Positions 18,504 to 27,340 of a stretch of DNA of 64,000 nt are shown piece after piece. This stretch comes from an uncultured delta proteobacterium (GTDB lineage: Bacteria; Myxococcota; Myxococcia; Myxococcales; Myxococcaceae), in assembly GCA_963796055.1 (NCBI GenBank), contig CAWCKH010000004.1:3200001-3264000 (forward strand), in the 5' to 3' direction. Positions within the stretch are counted from its first letter, which is position 1; each line of letters starts with the position of its first letter. A program made the translations under genes and the position numbers. The notes beneath the pieces were generated by a model. It was not told the origin of the DNA. It saw nothing but the letters and a program-made list of their open reading frames with translations, and ran no database searches.

Positions 18504-19766
18504 TCAACGCACGGTCAGTCTTGCTGCGCGCAGCTTCCCGACCTGGACCAGGTGGGTCCCCGGCGCGAGCTCGGCCTTCGGATCGGCGATGCGTTCGGCA
18601 TCCACCTTCACCGCTCCCTGGGTGATGAGCCGACGGCCGTCGGAGGTCGAGGCCACCAGCTGTGCGTCGAGCAACGCCCGGACCAGCGGCACGGGTACGC
18701 CGCCCGTTCCGACCACCACCTCGGGGAACTTCTCGGGGTCCACCTCGCGACGCGAGAAGCGCCGCTCGAACTCCTCCGCCGCGCCCGCCGCTGCCGCCGC
18801 TCCGTGGAAGCGCTCGACCATCTCCCGGGCGAATGCCACCTTGACTTCCTTCGGATGAAGCTCGCCACGCGCCACCCGATCCCGCTCGGAGCGAATGGCC
18901 TCGAGCGGACGGCCCGAGAGCAGCTCGGCGTACCGCCACATGAGGTCGTCGGAGATGCTCATCAGCTTCCCGAACATCTCGGACGGGGGCTCGGCCACCC
19001 CGACGTAGTTGTCGAGCGACTTGGACATCTTCTCCCCGACGATCCGCCCGTCCTCCATCCGTGCATCCAGCCCTTCGAGGATCGGTCCGGTGAGGATGAC
19101 CTGCGGCTCGAGGCCGTACTCACGCATCAGTGTTCTGCCGACCAGCAGATTGAACAGCTGGTCGGTGCTCCCGAGCTCCACATCCGCCTTCAGGGCTACC
19201 GAGTCGTAGCCCTGGAACAGCGGGTAGAGCAGCTCGTGCATCGAGATGCTCCTGCCCTCCCGGAAACGGGTCTTGAAATCGTCCCGCTCCAGCATCCGCG
19301 CCAGGGGCCAGTGCGCCGCCAGCCGCACAGTTCCCTCGGTGCCGAGCGCATCCAGCCACTCGGAATTGAACCGGACCCTGGTTCGCTCCGGGTCCAGAAC
19401 CTTGAACACCTGGGCCTTGTAGGTCTCGGCGTTGGCCAGCACCTCTTCGCGGCTCAGGGCGGGGCGGGTGACGTTCTTCCCCGAGGGGTCGCCGATGATC
19501 GCGGTGAAGTCGCCGATGAGGAAGACCACCTCATGGCCGAAGTCCTGGAACCGCCGCATGCGGGTGAGGAGCAGCGTGTGACCGAGGTGGAGGTCCGGGC
19601 GGTTCGGGTCGAAGCCGGCCTTGACGATCAGCGGCTGCTCGCGCTCGTAGGAGCGCCGGAGCTTGGAGCGGAGCTCGTCCGGCACCTGGAGGTCGATGGT
19701 GGCGCGGGTGACCTCGGCGAATTGCTCGTCGGGGGTGGCTCGGCGAAGGAGCGACATCGGCTCCAC
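18504..19766 (-). CDS. tyrS: Tyrosine--tRNA ligase
   Basis: GFDP..DLHLGH (HIGH), YPLFQGYDS, KMSKS, C-terminal S4 domain; ATG at 19757 is an alternative start. Confidence 0.97.
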   Translation of the reverse strand: MEPMSLLRRATPDEQFAEVTRATIDLQVPDELRSKLRRSYEREQPLIVKAGFDPNRPDLHLGHTLLLTRMRRFQDFGHEVVFLIGDFTAIIGDPSGKNVTRPALSREEVLANAETYKAQVFKVLDPERTRVRFNSEWLDALGTEGTVRLAAHWPLARMLERDDFKTRFREGRSISMHELLYPLFQGYDSVALKADVELGSTDQLFNLLVGRTLMREYGLEPQVILTGPILEGLDARMEDGRIVGEKMSKSLDNYVGVAEPPSEMFGKLMSISDDLMWRYAELLSGRPLEAIRSERDRVARGELHPKEVKVAFAREMVERFHGAAAAAGAAEEFERRFSRREVDPEKFPEVVVGTGGVPVPLVRALLDAQLVASTSDGRRLITQGAVKVDAERIADPKAELAPGTHLVQVGKLRAARLTVR

Positions 19767-19788
19767 CTACCAGGCCGGCGGGGAGCGG

Positions 19789-20580
19789 TCACGTTCCGGG
19801 GAGGTGCTCGCGCACCCGGATGATGCTCCGCGCCTTTCCGGTGGCGTCGTCGATGTCGATGACCACGCCCTGGAGGTAGACCAGGGCCTTGGCCACCTCG
19901 TACTGATTGGGTCGCTGGGTCAGGAACCGCTCGATGCTCTGTTCCTTCTTGATCCCGATGACCGAGTCGAGGGGGCCGCACATGCCCACGTCGGTGATGA
20001 ACGCGGTGCCCGCCGGGAGGATTCGCTCGTCCGCGGTCTGCACGTGGGTGTGGGTGCCGACGACGGCGGAGACCTTTCCGTCGAGCCAGGCCCCCATGGC
20101 GTTCTTTTCGCTGGATGCCTCGCAGTGCATGTCCACCAGGATGCACGCCGTGGTGCGCCGGAGCTCCGCGACCAGCCGCTCGCCGACCCGGAACGGATCG
20201 TCCAGGTTCTTCATGAACACCCGACCCTCGAGGTTCAGGACTCCCAGCGCCCGTCCGTCCGGGGTGCGGATCACGGTGTGTCCCCGGCCGGGGCTGCCCT
20301 CGGGGTAGTTGGCGGGGCGGAGCAGCAGCTCGGGATGGTTCTCCACCCAGGGGAGGATCTGGCGCTTGGTCCAGAAATGGTTGCCCGAGGTGAGCAGGTT
20401 CACCTCCGCCGAGAGGAGCGCCTCGGCGGATTCGGCGGAGATTCCGGCGCCGCCCTCGGAGTTCTCGGCGTTGGCGACGACGAGGTCCGCCTCGTGCCGG
20501 GCGATCAGGCGGGGCAGGAGAGTGCGGACGGCGAGCACCCCCGGCTTGCCCACCACGTCACCCATGAACAGGACGATCAC
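19789..20580 (-). CDS. ymdB: YmdB-like metallophosphoesterase (TIGR00282)
   Basis: GDVVGKPG, NAENS, TSGNHF, RPANYP, DMHCEASSEK, GTHTHVQTADE. Confidence 0.93.
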   Translation of the reverse strand: MIVLFMGDVVGKPGVLAVRTLLPRLIARHEADLVVANAENSEGGAGISAESAEALLSAEVNLLTSGNHFWTKRQILPWVENHPELLLRPANYPEGSPGRGHTVIRTPDGRALGVLNLEGRVFMKNLDDPFRVGERLVAELRRTTACILVDMHCEASSEKNAMGAWLDGKVSAVVGTHTHVQTADERILPAGTAFITDVGMCGPLDSVIGIKKEQSIERFLTQRPNQYEVAKALVYLQGVVIDIDDATGKARSIIRVREHLPGT

Positions 20581-21191
20581 GTGGGCGCGAAATCGGGCGG
20601 GCGGGACAGGCCCCGGAAGACCTCGTTCTCGGTGACCACCAGGTCGACGTCCACGTCGTCCTCGTTGGTCGGGAGATCGTCGACGATCTGCTCGGCGAAG
20701 GCCAGCCCCACCCGCCGGCTGGACGCACCGCCTGCCTTGAGGGTGGCGTCGTAATACCCGCCCCCTCGGCCCAGGCGCTTGCCGTCCGGCGTGAAGCCGA
20801 GACCAGGCACGACGAAGAGGTCGATCTGCTCCACCGGGATGAGCTCCGCAGCGTCCGCGGGCTCGCGGACGCCGAGCCGGCCGGGCTCCAGCTCGGTCTC
20901 GTTCCGCACCGCGCGGAAGGAGAGCACGCGTCCCCGGACGTGGCTCAGCGGGTAGCAGATCACCTTCCCGTCGGCGAGGCCGGCGGTGAGGATGTCCCGC
21001 GTGGGCACCTCGCCGCGAATCGGTGCATAGAGCGCCACCGTGCGTGCGTGGTGGTAGTAGGGGGTGGCCAGGAAACGCGCCTGGATCTTCAGACCCCGGG
21101 TGTCGACCAGCTCGGCGCTGAGCGCCTTCCGACGGGCGGTGAGCTGCTCGCGGAGTGTGGCCTTGCGCAGTGCCCCCTCGTCCGTTCCCAT
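20577..21191 (-). CDS. ygfA: 5-formyltetrahydrofolate cyclo-ligase (YgfA/Fau)
   Basis: IDLFVVPGLGF..GKRLGRGGGYYD, DLVVTE; classic position downstream of 6S RNA. Confidence 0.93.
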   Translation of the reverse strand: MGTDEGALRKATLREQLTARRKALSAELVDTRGLKIQARFLATPYYHHARTVALYAPIRGEVPTRDILTAGLADGKVICYPLSHVRGRVLSFRAVRNETELEPGRLGVREPADAAELIPVEQIDLFVVPGLGFTPDGKRLGRGGGYYDATLKAGGASSRRVGLAFAEQIVDDLPTNEDDVDVDLVVTENEVFRGLSRPPDFAPT

Positions 21192-21236
21192 CTCACGCCC
21201 GTTCGTCGCCAGCCTCTCACCTCTCCTGAAAAAAAC

Positions 21237-21437
21237 GTCCCCCGCCGCTGGGCCGTGTGCGCAGCGTCCATTGAACCCAGTTGAGCCAGGTGGGAGCCGA
21301 GGTGAGGTACCGTAGGTCTCCCGGGTCGTCGGCGAGCGCCGGCTGCCCCGGGCGTGACGCATGGAACCCCGGTACGGCTCCCGGAATGGACGTATCGGTT
21401 CGAATTTCTGCTGCACATCACGCACCCCGCAGGGGAC
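21237..21437 (-). ncRNA. ssrS: 6S RNA
   Basis: About 200 nt upstream of ygfA; 5' GTCCCCTGCGG pairs with 3' CGGCGGGGGAC; internal GGGAGCCG/CGGCTCCC and GAACC/GGTTC pairings around a central bubble; followed by a T7 tract. Confidence 0.88.
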
Positions 21438-21592
21438 AACCTTGCAAGGGGTTTCCGGCCTCCGACCGGACGGCTCCGACAATAAGGACGGCCCGGAGGG
21501 GGGTCAAGGGAACCTGGGCGGTGTGTTCCGTTGCACTGGCTGGCATCGGCCGCTCCGCTCGTGCCAGCATCCCTTGGATCCAGCCCCGTCCC

Positions 21593-22408
21593 GTGCCCCG
21601 GCTCCTGCTCGCCACCACGCTCTGTGCCGTGCTCGGTGCCGGACCGGCGCTGGGGGCCGTGCCGCTGCTGGCGTCGCGTGCGCGGTGGGGTGCGAAGGGT
21701 GTTCTGAGCTGGCAGGCAGTGAACGACCACGTACTGGGGAGAGCCGGGGAATCGAACCCCTGCGGCTTCGAGGCGGGCCGTGCGGTGGTGGACGCCGCCT
21801 GGGAAGGGGATGTGCTCGTGGGGAGGCTGACGCTCTGCACAGCCTGTGGCGAGCGGACGGTGCCGTACCTCGGAGTGCATGTCGCCGCGAACGGAACGGT
21901 GGTGGCGGATGTTCCGCTGATCCCCGGGTGTGACTCGCCGGGCCTGGAGCGCGGACGACTGGTCCTGGCGCCCATTGCCGAGCCGCCCGGCCGTCGACCG
22001 CTCACCCATCACCTCGAGGCCGGCGAGAAGCTGCTCCAGCTGCGCCGGGGAAAGGCGGCCCAGGCCGAGTTCCAGAGGGCGCTCGCGGCGAGGGAGGACC
22101 CGGGGAAGGCGTGGCTGGGGATGGGGCTCGCCTCGGTGCTGCTCGGCGACGCTGCGGGCGCGGTGGCGGCGTACGAGAAGGCGAGGGCGTTCGCCCCGGG
22201 GGTGCTGCTTTCCTACAACCTGGCCTGTGCGCAGGCGCGACTGGGGCACATCGACGAGGCGCTGGCCAGCCTGAGCGACTCGATCGACCGCGGCTTCGCG
22301 GCCTCGGAGGACCTGCTGCAGGACCCGGACCTGGCGCCGCTCCGCGGCGATCCACGGTTCTCGGCACTGCTCGTCCGGACCAAGAGCAACGAGGAGCGAC
22401 GACGGTGA
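21593..22408 (+). CDS. Exported TPR-domain protein
   Basis: Signal-peptide-like N-terminus, Cys-containing N domain, C-terminal TPR with YNLACAQARLG...DPDLAPLRGDPRF; start inferred. Confidence 0.75.
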   Translation: MPRLLLATTLCAVLGAGPALGAVPLLASRARWGAKGVLSWQAVNDHVLGRAGESNPCGFEAGRAVVDAAWEGDVLVGRLTLCTACGERTVPYLGVHVAANGTVVADVPLIPGCDSPGLERGRLVLAPIAEPPGRRPLTHHLEAGEKLLQLRRGKAAQAEFQRALAAREDPGKAWLGMGLASVLLGDAAGAVAAYEKARAFAPGVLLSYNLACAQARLGHIDEALASLSDSIDRGFAASEDLLQDPDLAPLRGDPRFSALLVRTKSNEERRR

Positions 22409-23346
22409 AGCAGTCCGAGGTCGTGCTCTGGTCGTCGGGTGCGCGGTTCGGCCACTACGAGATCCTCGCGCCGCTGGGAAAGGGCGGCATGGCCGAGGTG
22501 GTGCGGGCGCGCACGCTCGATGGGCCGTGGGCAGGGACCGAGGTCGCCATCAAGCGGTTGCTGCCACAGCTGGCACGGGCACCCGAGTACGTACAGCTGT
22601 TCGCCAAGGAAGCCGAGCTGTCCATCGCCTTGCGCCATCCCAACATCGTCCAGACGCTGGACGTGGGGGCCATCGGAGGGGTGGCGTATCTGGCGATGGA
22701 GTGGGTCGACGGGCGCGACCTGGGCCAGGTGCTGCGCCGCTGCCGGAAGCAGACCATCGCCCTGCCGATCGACTTCGCGGTGTACCTGGCGCGGGTGTTG
22801 CTCGAGGCGCTGGACTATGCGCACCGGGCGGAGAGCGCGAGCGGGACGTCGCTGCACCTGGTGCACTGCGACGTCTCGCCCTCGAACGTCTTCATCTCCC
22901 GGGTGGGCGAGGTGAAGCTGGGCGACTTCGGCGTGGCGCGGGTGCGGGTGAAGTCCGGGGTACGGGACGCGGTGATCGCCGGGAAGCCGTACTACCTCTC
23001 TCCCGAGGCGACGGCGGGCGAGGTCACGCAGGCGGTGGATCTCTGGGCGACGGCGGTGGTGCTGTTCGAGCTTCTGACGCTGGAGCGGCCCTTCCAGGGC
23101 AGCAGCCCCCAGGAGGTGTTCGGGGCAATCCGCGCGGGACGGAGGGCTGGAGTCCGGGAGCGTCGGCCGGAGGTGACCGCGGGCCTGGAGGCGGTGGTCG
23201 ACCGCGCTCTGGCCAAGGACCCCCGTGCGCGGTTCCCGACGGCGGCCGACTTCGCTGGGGCGCTGGAGCCGCACTGTGACGAGCGCATCGGCACCCCGCT
23301 GGCGATCGCCGCGCTGGTTCGCGGACTGTTCGGGACCGCCGGCTAG
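22405..23346 (+). CDS. Serine/threonine protein kinase (kinase domain only)
   Basis: GKGGMAEV, VAIK, HCDVSPSN, KLGDFG, YLSPE, DLW; GTG overlaps upstream stop. Confidence 0.93.
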   Translation: MKQSEVVLWSSGARFGHYEILAPLGKGGMAEVVRARTLDGPWAGTEVAIKRLLPQLARAPEYVQLFAKEAELSIALRHPNIVQTLDVGAIGGVAYLAMEWVDGRDLGQVLRRCRKQTIALPIDFAVYLARVLLEALDYAHRAESASGTSLHLVHCDVSPSNVFISRVGEVKLGDFGVARVRVKSGVRDAVIAGKPYYLSPEATAGEVTQAVDLWATAVVLFELLTLERPFQGSSPQEVFGAIRAGRRAGVRERRPEVTAGLEAVVDRALAKDPRARFPTAADFAGALEPHCDERIGTPLAIAALVRGLFGTAG

Positions 23347-24449
23347 GTCGGACGGCGTCTGGAGAGAAGTCGATCGAGCGCCTGGAGGAGGGAGGTCACG
23401 TCGGCCTGCGTCGTCTCGCGCCCGAACGAGATGCGGATCGAGCTCCGGGCATCCTCCACCGACACCCCCATCGCCAGCAGCACCGGCGATGGCCGCATCG
23501 TCCCCGACGCGCACGCCGCGCCCACCGACACCGCGAACCCCTCCAGGTCCAGCGCGATGAGCAGCGTCTCCGCATCCACCCCCGGGAAGCACACGCTCGT
23601 GGTGTTGGCCAGCCGCGACACCCCCGCCCCGTGTACCCGCGCCTTCCACGGTCCCGCCCGCAGCGCCCGCTCGAACCCGTCACGCAGCGCCGTCACCCGC
23701 GCCACTTCCGCGGCCCTCCCGGCCTCTGCCAGCTCCAGCGCCAGGGCGGCCGCCTCGCAGAGCACCACCGCCGGAGTACCCCCTCGGAGACCGCCTTCCT
23801 GGTGCCCTGGCACCAGCGGCTCGAGCCGCACAGAGCGCCGCACCGCCAGGATGCCCACCCCCGCCGGCCCGCCGAACTTGTGCGCCGAGTACGCCACCAC
23901 GTCCGCCTCGAACGAAGGCCTCAGTCGCCCCGGCGCCTGCACCGCATCCACGAAGCTCACCACCCCCCGCGCCCGGGCCAGGGCCGCCACCTCGTCCGCC
24001 GGCTGCACCACCCCGGTCTCGTTGTTCGCCGCCTGCAGCGCGCACAGCGCCACGCCAGGCGCGCCGAGGGCCGCCTCGTAGCCTCCCGCCGGAACCCGCC
24101 CATCGCCGCCCGGATGCAGCTGCACCACCGAGGTCCCCCGCCGCTCGGCCGCCAGCAGCACGCAGGGGTGCTCGATCGCGCTGGTCACGAGGGTGCCGCC
24201 CCGGCCCAGCCCGAGCACCGCCGTGGCGCAGGCCTCGGAGCCGGAGGCGGTGAATAGCACCTCGTGCGCCGGACGGCCCAGCACCCGGGCCACCCGCGCT
24301 CGCGCCGCGTCCAGCCGGGCCCGCGCCGCCCGCCCCGCGCCATGCACACTGCTCGGATTGCCCGCCCGCTCCCGGCGAAACGCCGCGGCGAGGAACTCCG
24401 CCACCTCGGGGAACAGCGGCGTGCCGGCGTTGTGGTCGAGGTAGGTCAC
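23343..24449 (-). CDS. Cysteine desulfurase (IscS/NifS-like)
   Basis: YLDHNAGTP, GNPSSVH, NNETG, DAVQ, SAHKFGGP, GAACASG. Confidence 0.93.
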   Translation of the reverse strand: MTYLDHNAGTPLFPEVAEFLAAAFRRERAGNPSSVHGAGRAARARLDAARARVARVLGRPAHEVLFTASGSEACATAVLGLGRGGTLVTSAIEHPCVLLAAERRGTSVVQLHPGGDGRVPAGGYEAALGAPGVALCALQAANNETGVVQPADEVAALARARGVVSFVDAVQAPGRLRPSFEADVVAYSAHKFGGPAGVGILAVRRSVRLEPLVPGHQEGGLRGGTPAVVLCEAAALALELAEAGRAAEVARVTALRDGFERALRAGPWKARVHGAGVSRLANTTSVCFPGVDAETLLIALDLEGFAVSVGAACASGTMRPSPVLLAMGVSVEDARSSIRISFGRETTQADVTSLLQALDRLLSRRRPT

Positions 24450-25567
24450 CGCTCGAGGGCGGCGCTCTTCCCGACGAGCAGGAGCGACCGCGGCCGTTCC
24501 CCCTTCACCCCGAACGCCTCCAGGAACGCACGGGTCAGCACGCGCCGCAGCGCCGCTGCCGCCCGCCCGGGCGGCAAGGGCAACCGCGCTCCGGCCATGC
24601 TCCCGTGCCCGCCGGCCGATCCGCCGCGGTCCTCGCAGATGTCGCGGATCAGCTTCCCGGCGTTCATCCGCCGGTCACGCACCCGCAGCGACACGTAGAG
24701 CTGCCCGCGGAAGGTCCCCATCGCCAGCGACCACTTCATTCCTTCGAGGAAGCTCAGGCGCTCGGCCACCTCGGCGACCATGTCCGGCGAGTACACTTCG
24801 CCCAGGTCCACCGTCACCACCGTCTGCCCGTACAGCCGCGCCCGCCCGATCGCCGAGTGGTACAGCCGGAAGTACTCCGCCGGCAGATCCGGGTGCTCGA
24901 TGCGGCCGAGCAGATACTTGTCCACCCGGGGGAAGAGCCAGAGGTACGCGTCGATGTCCGCCGGCGTCGTCTGCCGTCCAAGGTCCCGGCTGTCGGTCTT
25001 GATGCCGTAGAACAGCGCGGTGGCCACCTCCACCGAGGGCTCGAGCTTCGCCGCCCGCAGGTACTCCACCACCATCGTCGAGGTCGCCCCGTACTCGCCG
25101 CCCACGTCGGCGAACGGCGCCCCCAGGCTCTCGTCCCGGAGTGGATGATGGTCGAGCACCACCTCCACCGGGTACTGCGCGGGCACCGAGTGGTTCCCCA
25201 CCGGGGGCTGGGTGTCCACCAGCGCCAGGAGATCGTGCTCGTCGAACACCACCTGGCTCACCGGGATGATCGGCAGCTTCAGCACCTTCACCAGGGCCAG
25301 GTTCTCGGATCGGCCGATGATGCCCCCGTACACCACCCGCGCCTCCACGCCCGCGCGCTTCTCCAGCAGGAAGGCCAGCGCCACCGCCGAGGCGATGCTG
25401 TCGGGATCCGGATTGTCGTGGGTCAGCACCAGCACCCGCTGGCGCCCCCGCGCCAGCTTCAGCAGCTCGTCGAGCTTGCTCCGGATCGGCAGCTCGGCGA
25501 GCACGCGTTCCGGACTGGGAGGGTCCTCGGTCTTCGACCGGCTCGAGGAGGATGAAACTGACGGCAT
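24446..25567 (-). CDS. DHH/DHHA1 family phosphoesterase (NrnA-like)
   Basis: THDNPDPDS, VDTQ, DHHP, GIKTDS, GGSAGGHG. Confidence 0.9.
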   Translation of the reverse strand: MPSVSSSSSRSKTEDPPSPERVLAELPIRSKLDELLKLARGRQRVLVLTHDNPDPDSIASAVALAFLLEKRAGVEARVVYGGIIGRSENLALVKVLKLPIIPVSQVVFDEHDLLALVDTQPPVGNHSVPAQYPVEVVLDHHPLRDESLGAPFADVGGEYGATSTMVVEYLRAAKLEPSVEVATALFYGIKTDSRDLGRQTTPADIDAYLWLFPRVDKYLLGRIEHPDLPAEYFRLYHSAIGRARLYGQTVVTVDLGEVYSPDMVAEVAERLSFLEGMKWSLAMGTFRGQLYVSLRVRDRRMNAGKLIRDICEDRGGSAGGHGSMAGARLPLPPGRAAAALRRVLTRAFLEAFGVKGERPRSLLLVGKSAALER

Positions 25568-25577
25568 GCGGGGCCTT

Positions 25578-26408
25578 TTACTTCCGGATCAACGAATGGA
25601 GAAGCCGGAGCCCTCTTGCATAATGGCCCGGATTCGGGGTTTCCAGGACCGCCGGTGTGCCCTGGAACCGCCCGTCGTTCACCAGGAATCTGAACGCCGG
25701 CAGGCCCATCGTGCCTCGGCCGATCTCCGCGTGCCGGTCCACCCGCGCCCCGCGCGGACGCAGGCTGTCGTTCAGGTGGAAGCAGCGGATCCGCCCCTGG
25801 CCGAACCTCCGGACGGCCTCGTCCACCACCGCTCCGGTGCCGGCTTCGGTGGTGAGGTCGTATCCCGCGCTGAAGAGGTGGCAGGTGTCCAGGCAGACGC
25901 CGACCCGTCCGGGCGCATCCACCCACGACAGAATCTCCTCCAGGTGCTCCAGCCGGTGCCCCAGGCAGTTGCCCTGGCCGGCCGTCACCTCCAGGCAGAC
26001 CCGGACCGCCAGTCCGGGCAGCGCCCGGTGGACCTCGTCCAGCGCCCGTGCCACCAGCCGGAGCCCGCGTCGAGGCGACGGATGCGAGCCCGGATGGAAC
26101 ACCAGCGAGCGGATCCCCAGCGCCTCGCAGCGGAGGAGCTCCTCGCGCACCGCTTCCAGGCTCCTGGATCGGATGAGCGGATCCTCCGAGGCCAGGTTGA
26201 CCAGGTAGCTTCCGTGGGCGATCGCCGGGAGGGCTGCCGCCCGGGCCGCTCTGCGGAACGCCCGTCTCTCCTCGGGATCGAGCGGCGGGGACGACCAACC
26301 CCGCGCCGAACGGGTGAAGATCTGCACCGAGCGCGCCCCGTGCCCGGCGGCACGCCCGAAGGCAAGCGACACCCCGCCGGCGACCGATTCGTGCGCCCCG
26401 AGCCTCAC
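25578..26408 (-). CDS. nfo: Endonuclease IV
   Basis: GAHESVAGG, HGSYLVNLAS, FHPGSH, LEVTAGQG, CLDTCH, HLNDS, DRH, LETP. Confidence 0.96.
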   Translation of the reverse strand: MRLGAHESVAGGVSLAFGRAAGHGARSVQIFTRSARGWSSPPLDPEERRAFRRAARAAALPAIAHGSYLVNLASEDPLIRSRSLEAVREELLRCEALGIRSLVFHPGSHPSPRRGLRLVARALDEVHRALPGLAVRVCLEVTAGQGNCLGHRLEHLEEILSWVDAPGRVGVCLDTCHLFSAGYDLTTEAGTGAVVDEAVRRFGQGRIRCFHLNDSLRPRGARVDRHAEIGRGTMGLPAFRFLVNDGRFQGTPAVLETPNPGHYARGLRLLHSLIRK

Positions 26409-26418
26409 ACCACCTGGA

Positions 26419-27252
26419 TCAGTTGATCGCCCGGTAACGCCGCGCCTGATCGCGGAAGAACTTCAGCCCGTTGTCCAGCGAGTTCTCCATCGCGTCCATC
26501 ATCAGCACCCGGAACGAGGCCGGCGTCCCCCGGAACGACTCGTAGTACCGCTGCCGGTCGATGGAGTGGATGATGCACGGCAGGTATCCGTGCCGGGCGA
26601 GGATGAGGTTGGACGTCATCCGCGCCACCTTCCCCGAGTGCTCGCTGAAGGGAAATACTTGCAGAAACTGGAACTGGAAGGTCGCTGCCTGCTTGATCGG
26701 GTGGTACTCGCGAAACTCGGTCGTCCCGGTGAACTCGATCAGCTTGTCGAGCAGCCCCTGGATCTTCGCCGGCTGGGCGATGTCGTGGAAGTAGGTCCGG
26801 TGCAGCGGCATGTCCTTCCGCAGCCCCGCCCGCTCCCGCTCCTTGGCCAGCTCCTTCTCCGTCCGCTCGCGGCGCTCGAGCTGCGCCCGCATCGCCTGCG
26901 CCTCGGGCGTGTTGCCGAGCAGGAGGTCGTGGACTCGCTTCACCGTCGCCATCGGCACGGCGGAGGCCTTGCGCCCCGAGGTGCGGGCCTCCTCGCGGAT
27001 GTAGTCGATGGCCCCCTTGTGGTTGCGGATGTCGAGCACCGCCGGAAGCAGCGAGGCCTCGGGCGGGGCGCCGCTCGGGTCGAGACCGGCAGCCAGCTCC
27101 TGCTCGTTGTACACCACGCCCTCCAGCGCGTTGTCGTGATAGACCCACGCCCGCTCGAAACGCGCCATGAACTCCGGCGCCTTGGGATGCTCCCCGAGGA
27201 GCTCCCGCAGCGCGTCGTTCTTGTCGTCGATGTCCTGGTAACGTTCCTTCAA
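26419..27252 (-). CDS. Fic-domain protein with degenerate catalytic motif
   Basis: WVYHDNALEG N-terminal helix; HPIKQAA...FPFSEHSGKVARMTSNLIL aligns to HPFxDGNGRxxR; RQRYYE. Confidence 0.8.
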   Translation of the reverse strand: MKERYQDIDDKNDALRELLGEHPKAPEFMARFERAWVYHDNALEGVVYNEQELAAGLDPSGAPPEASLLPAVLDIRNHKGAIDYIREEARTSGRKASAVPMATVKRVHDLLLGNTPEAQAMRAQLERRERTEKELAKERERAGLRKDMPLHRTYFHDIAQPAKIQGLLDKLIEFTGTTEFREYHPIKQAATFQFQFLQVFPFSEHSGKVARMTSNLILARHGYLPCIIHSIDRQRYYESFRGTPASFRVLMMDAMENSLDNGLKFFRDQARRYRAIN

Positions 27253-27340
27253 GGGGGGGCGGGGCGCAGCGGAGGGCGGGGGAGGCTAATCGGGCCAGAC
27301 GCAGCGCGCAAGGCCCGTTCGCCCGTCCAGGCGCGAGCGC

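Noticed and set aside
20577..21482. Long N-terminal extension of ygfA given by the ORF track
   Set aside because: The extension runs through the 6S RNA; the ATG at 21191 fits the family length
23343..24449. Cysteine desulfurase as DndA/SspA of a phosphorothioate system
   Set aside because: No dndBCDE or sspBCD-like genes recognised in the window
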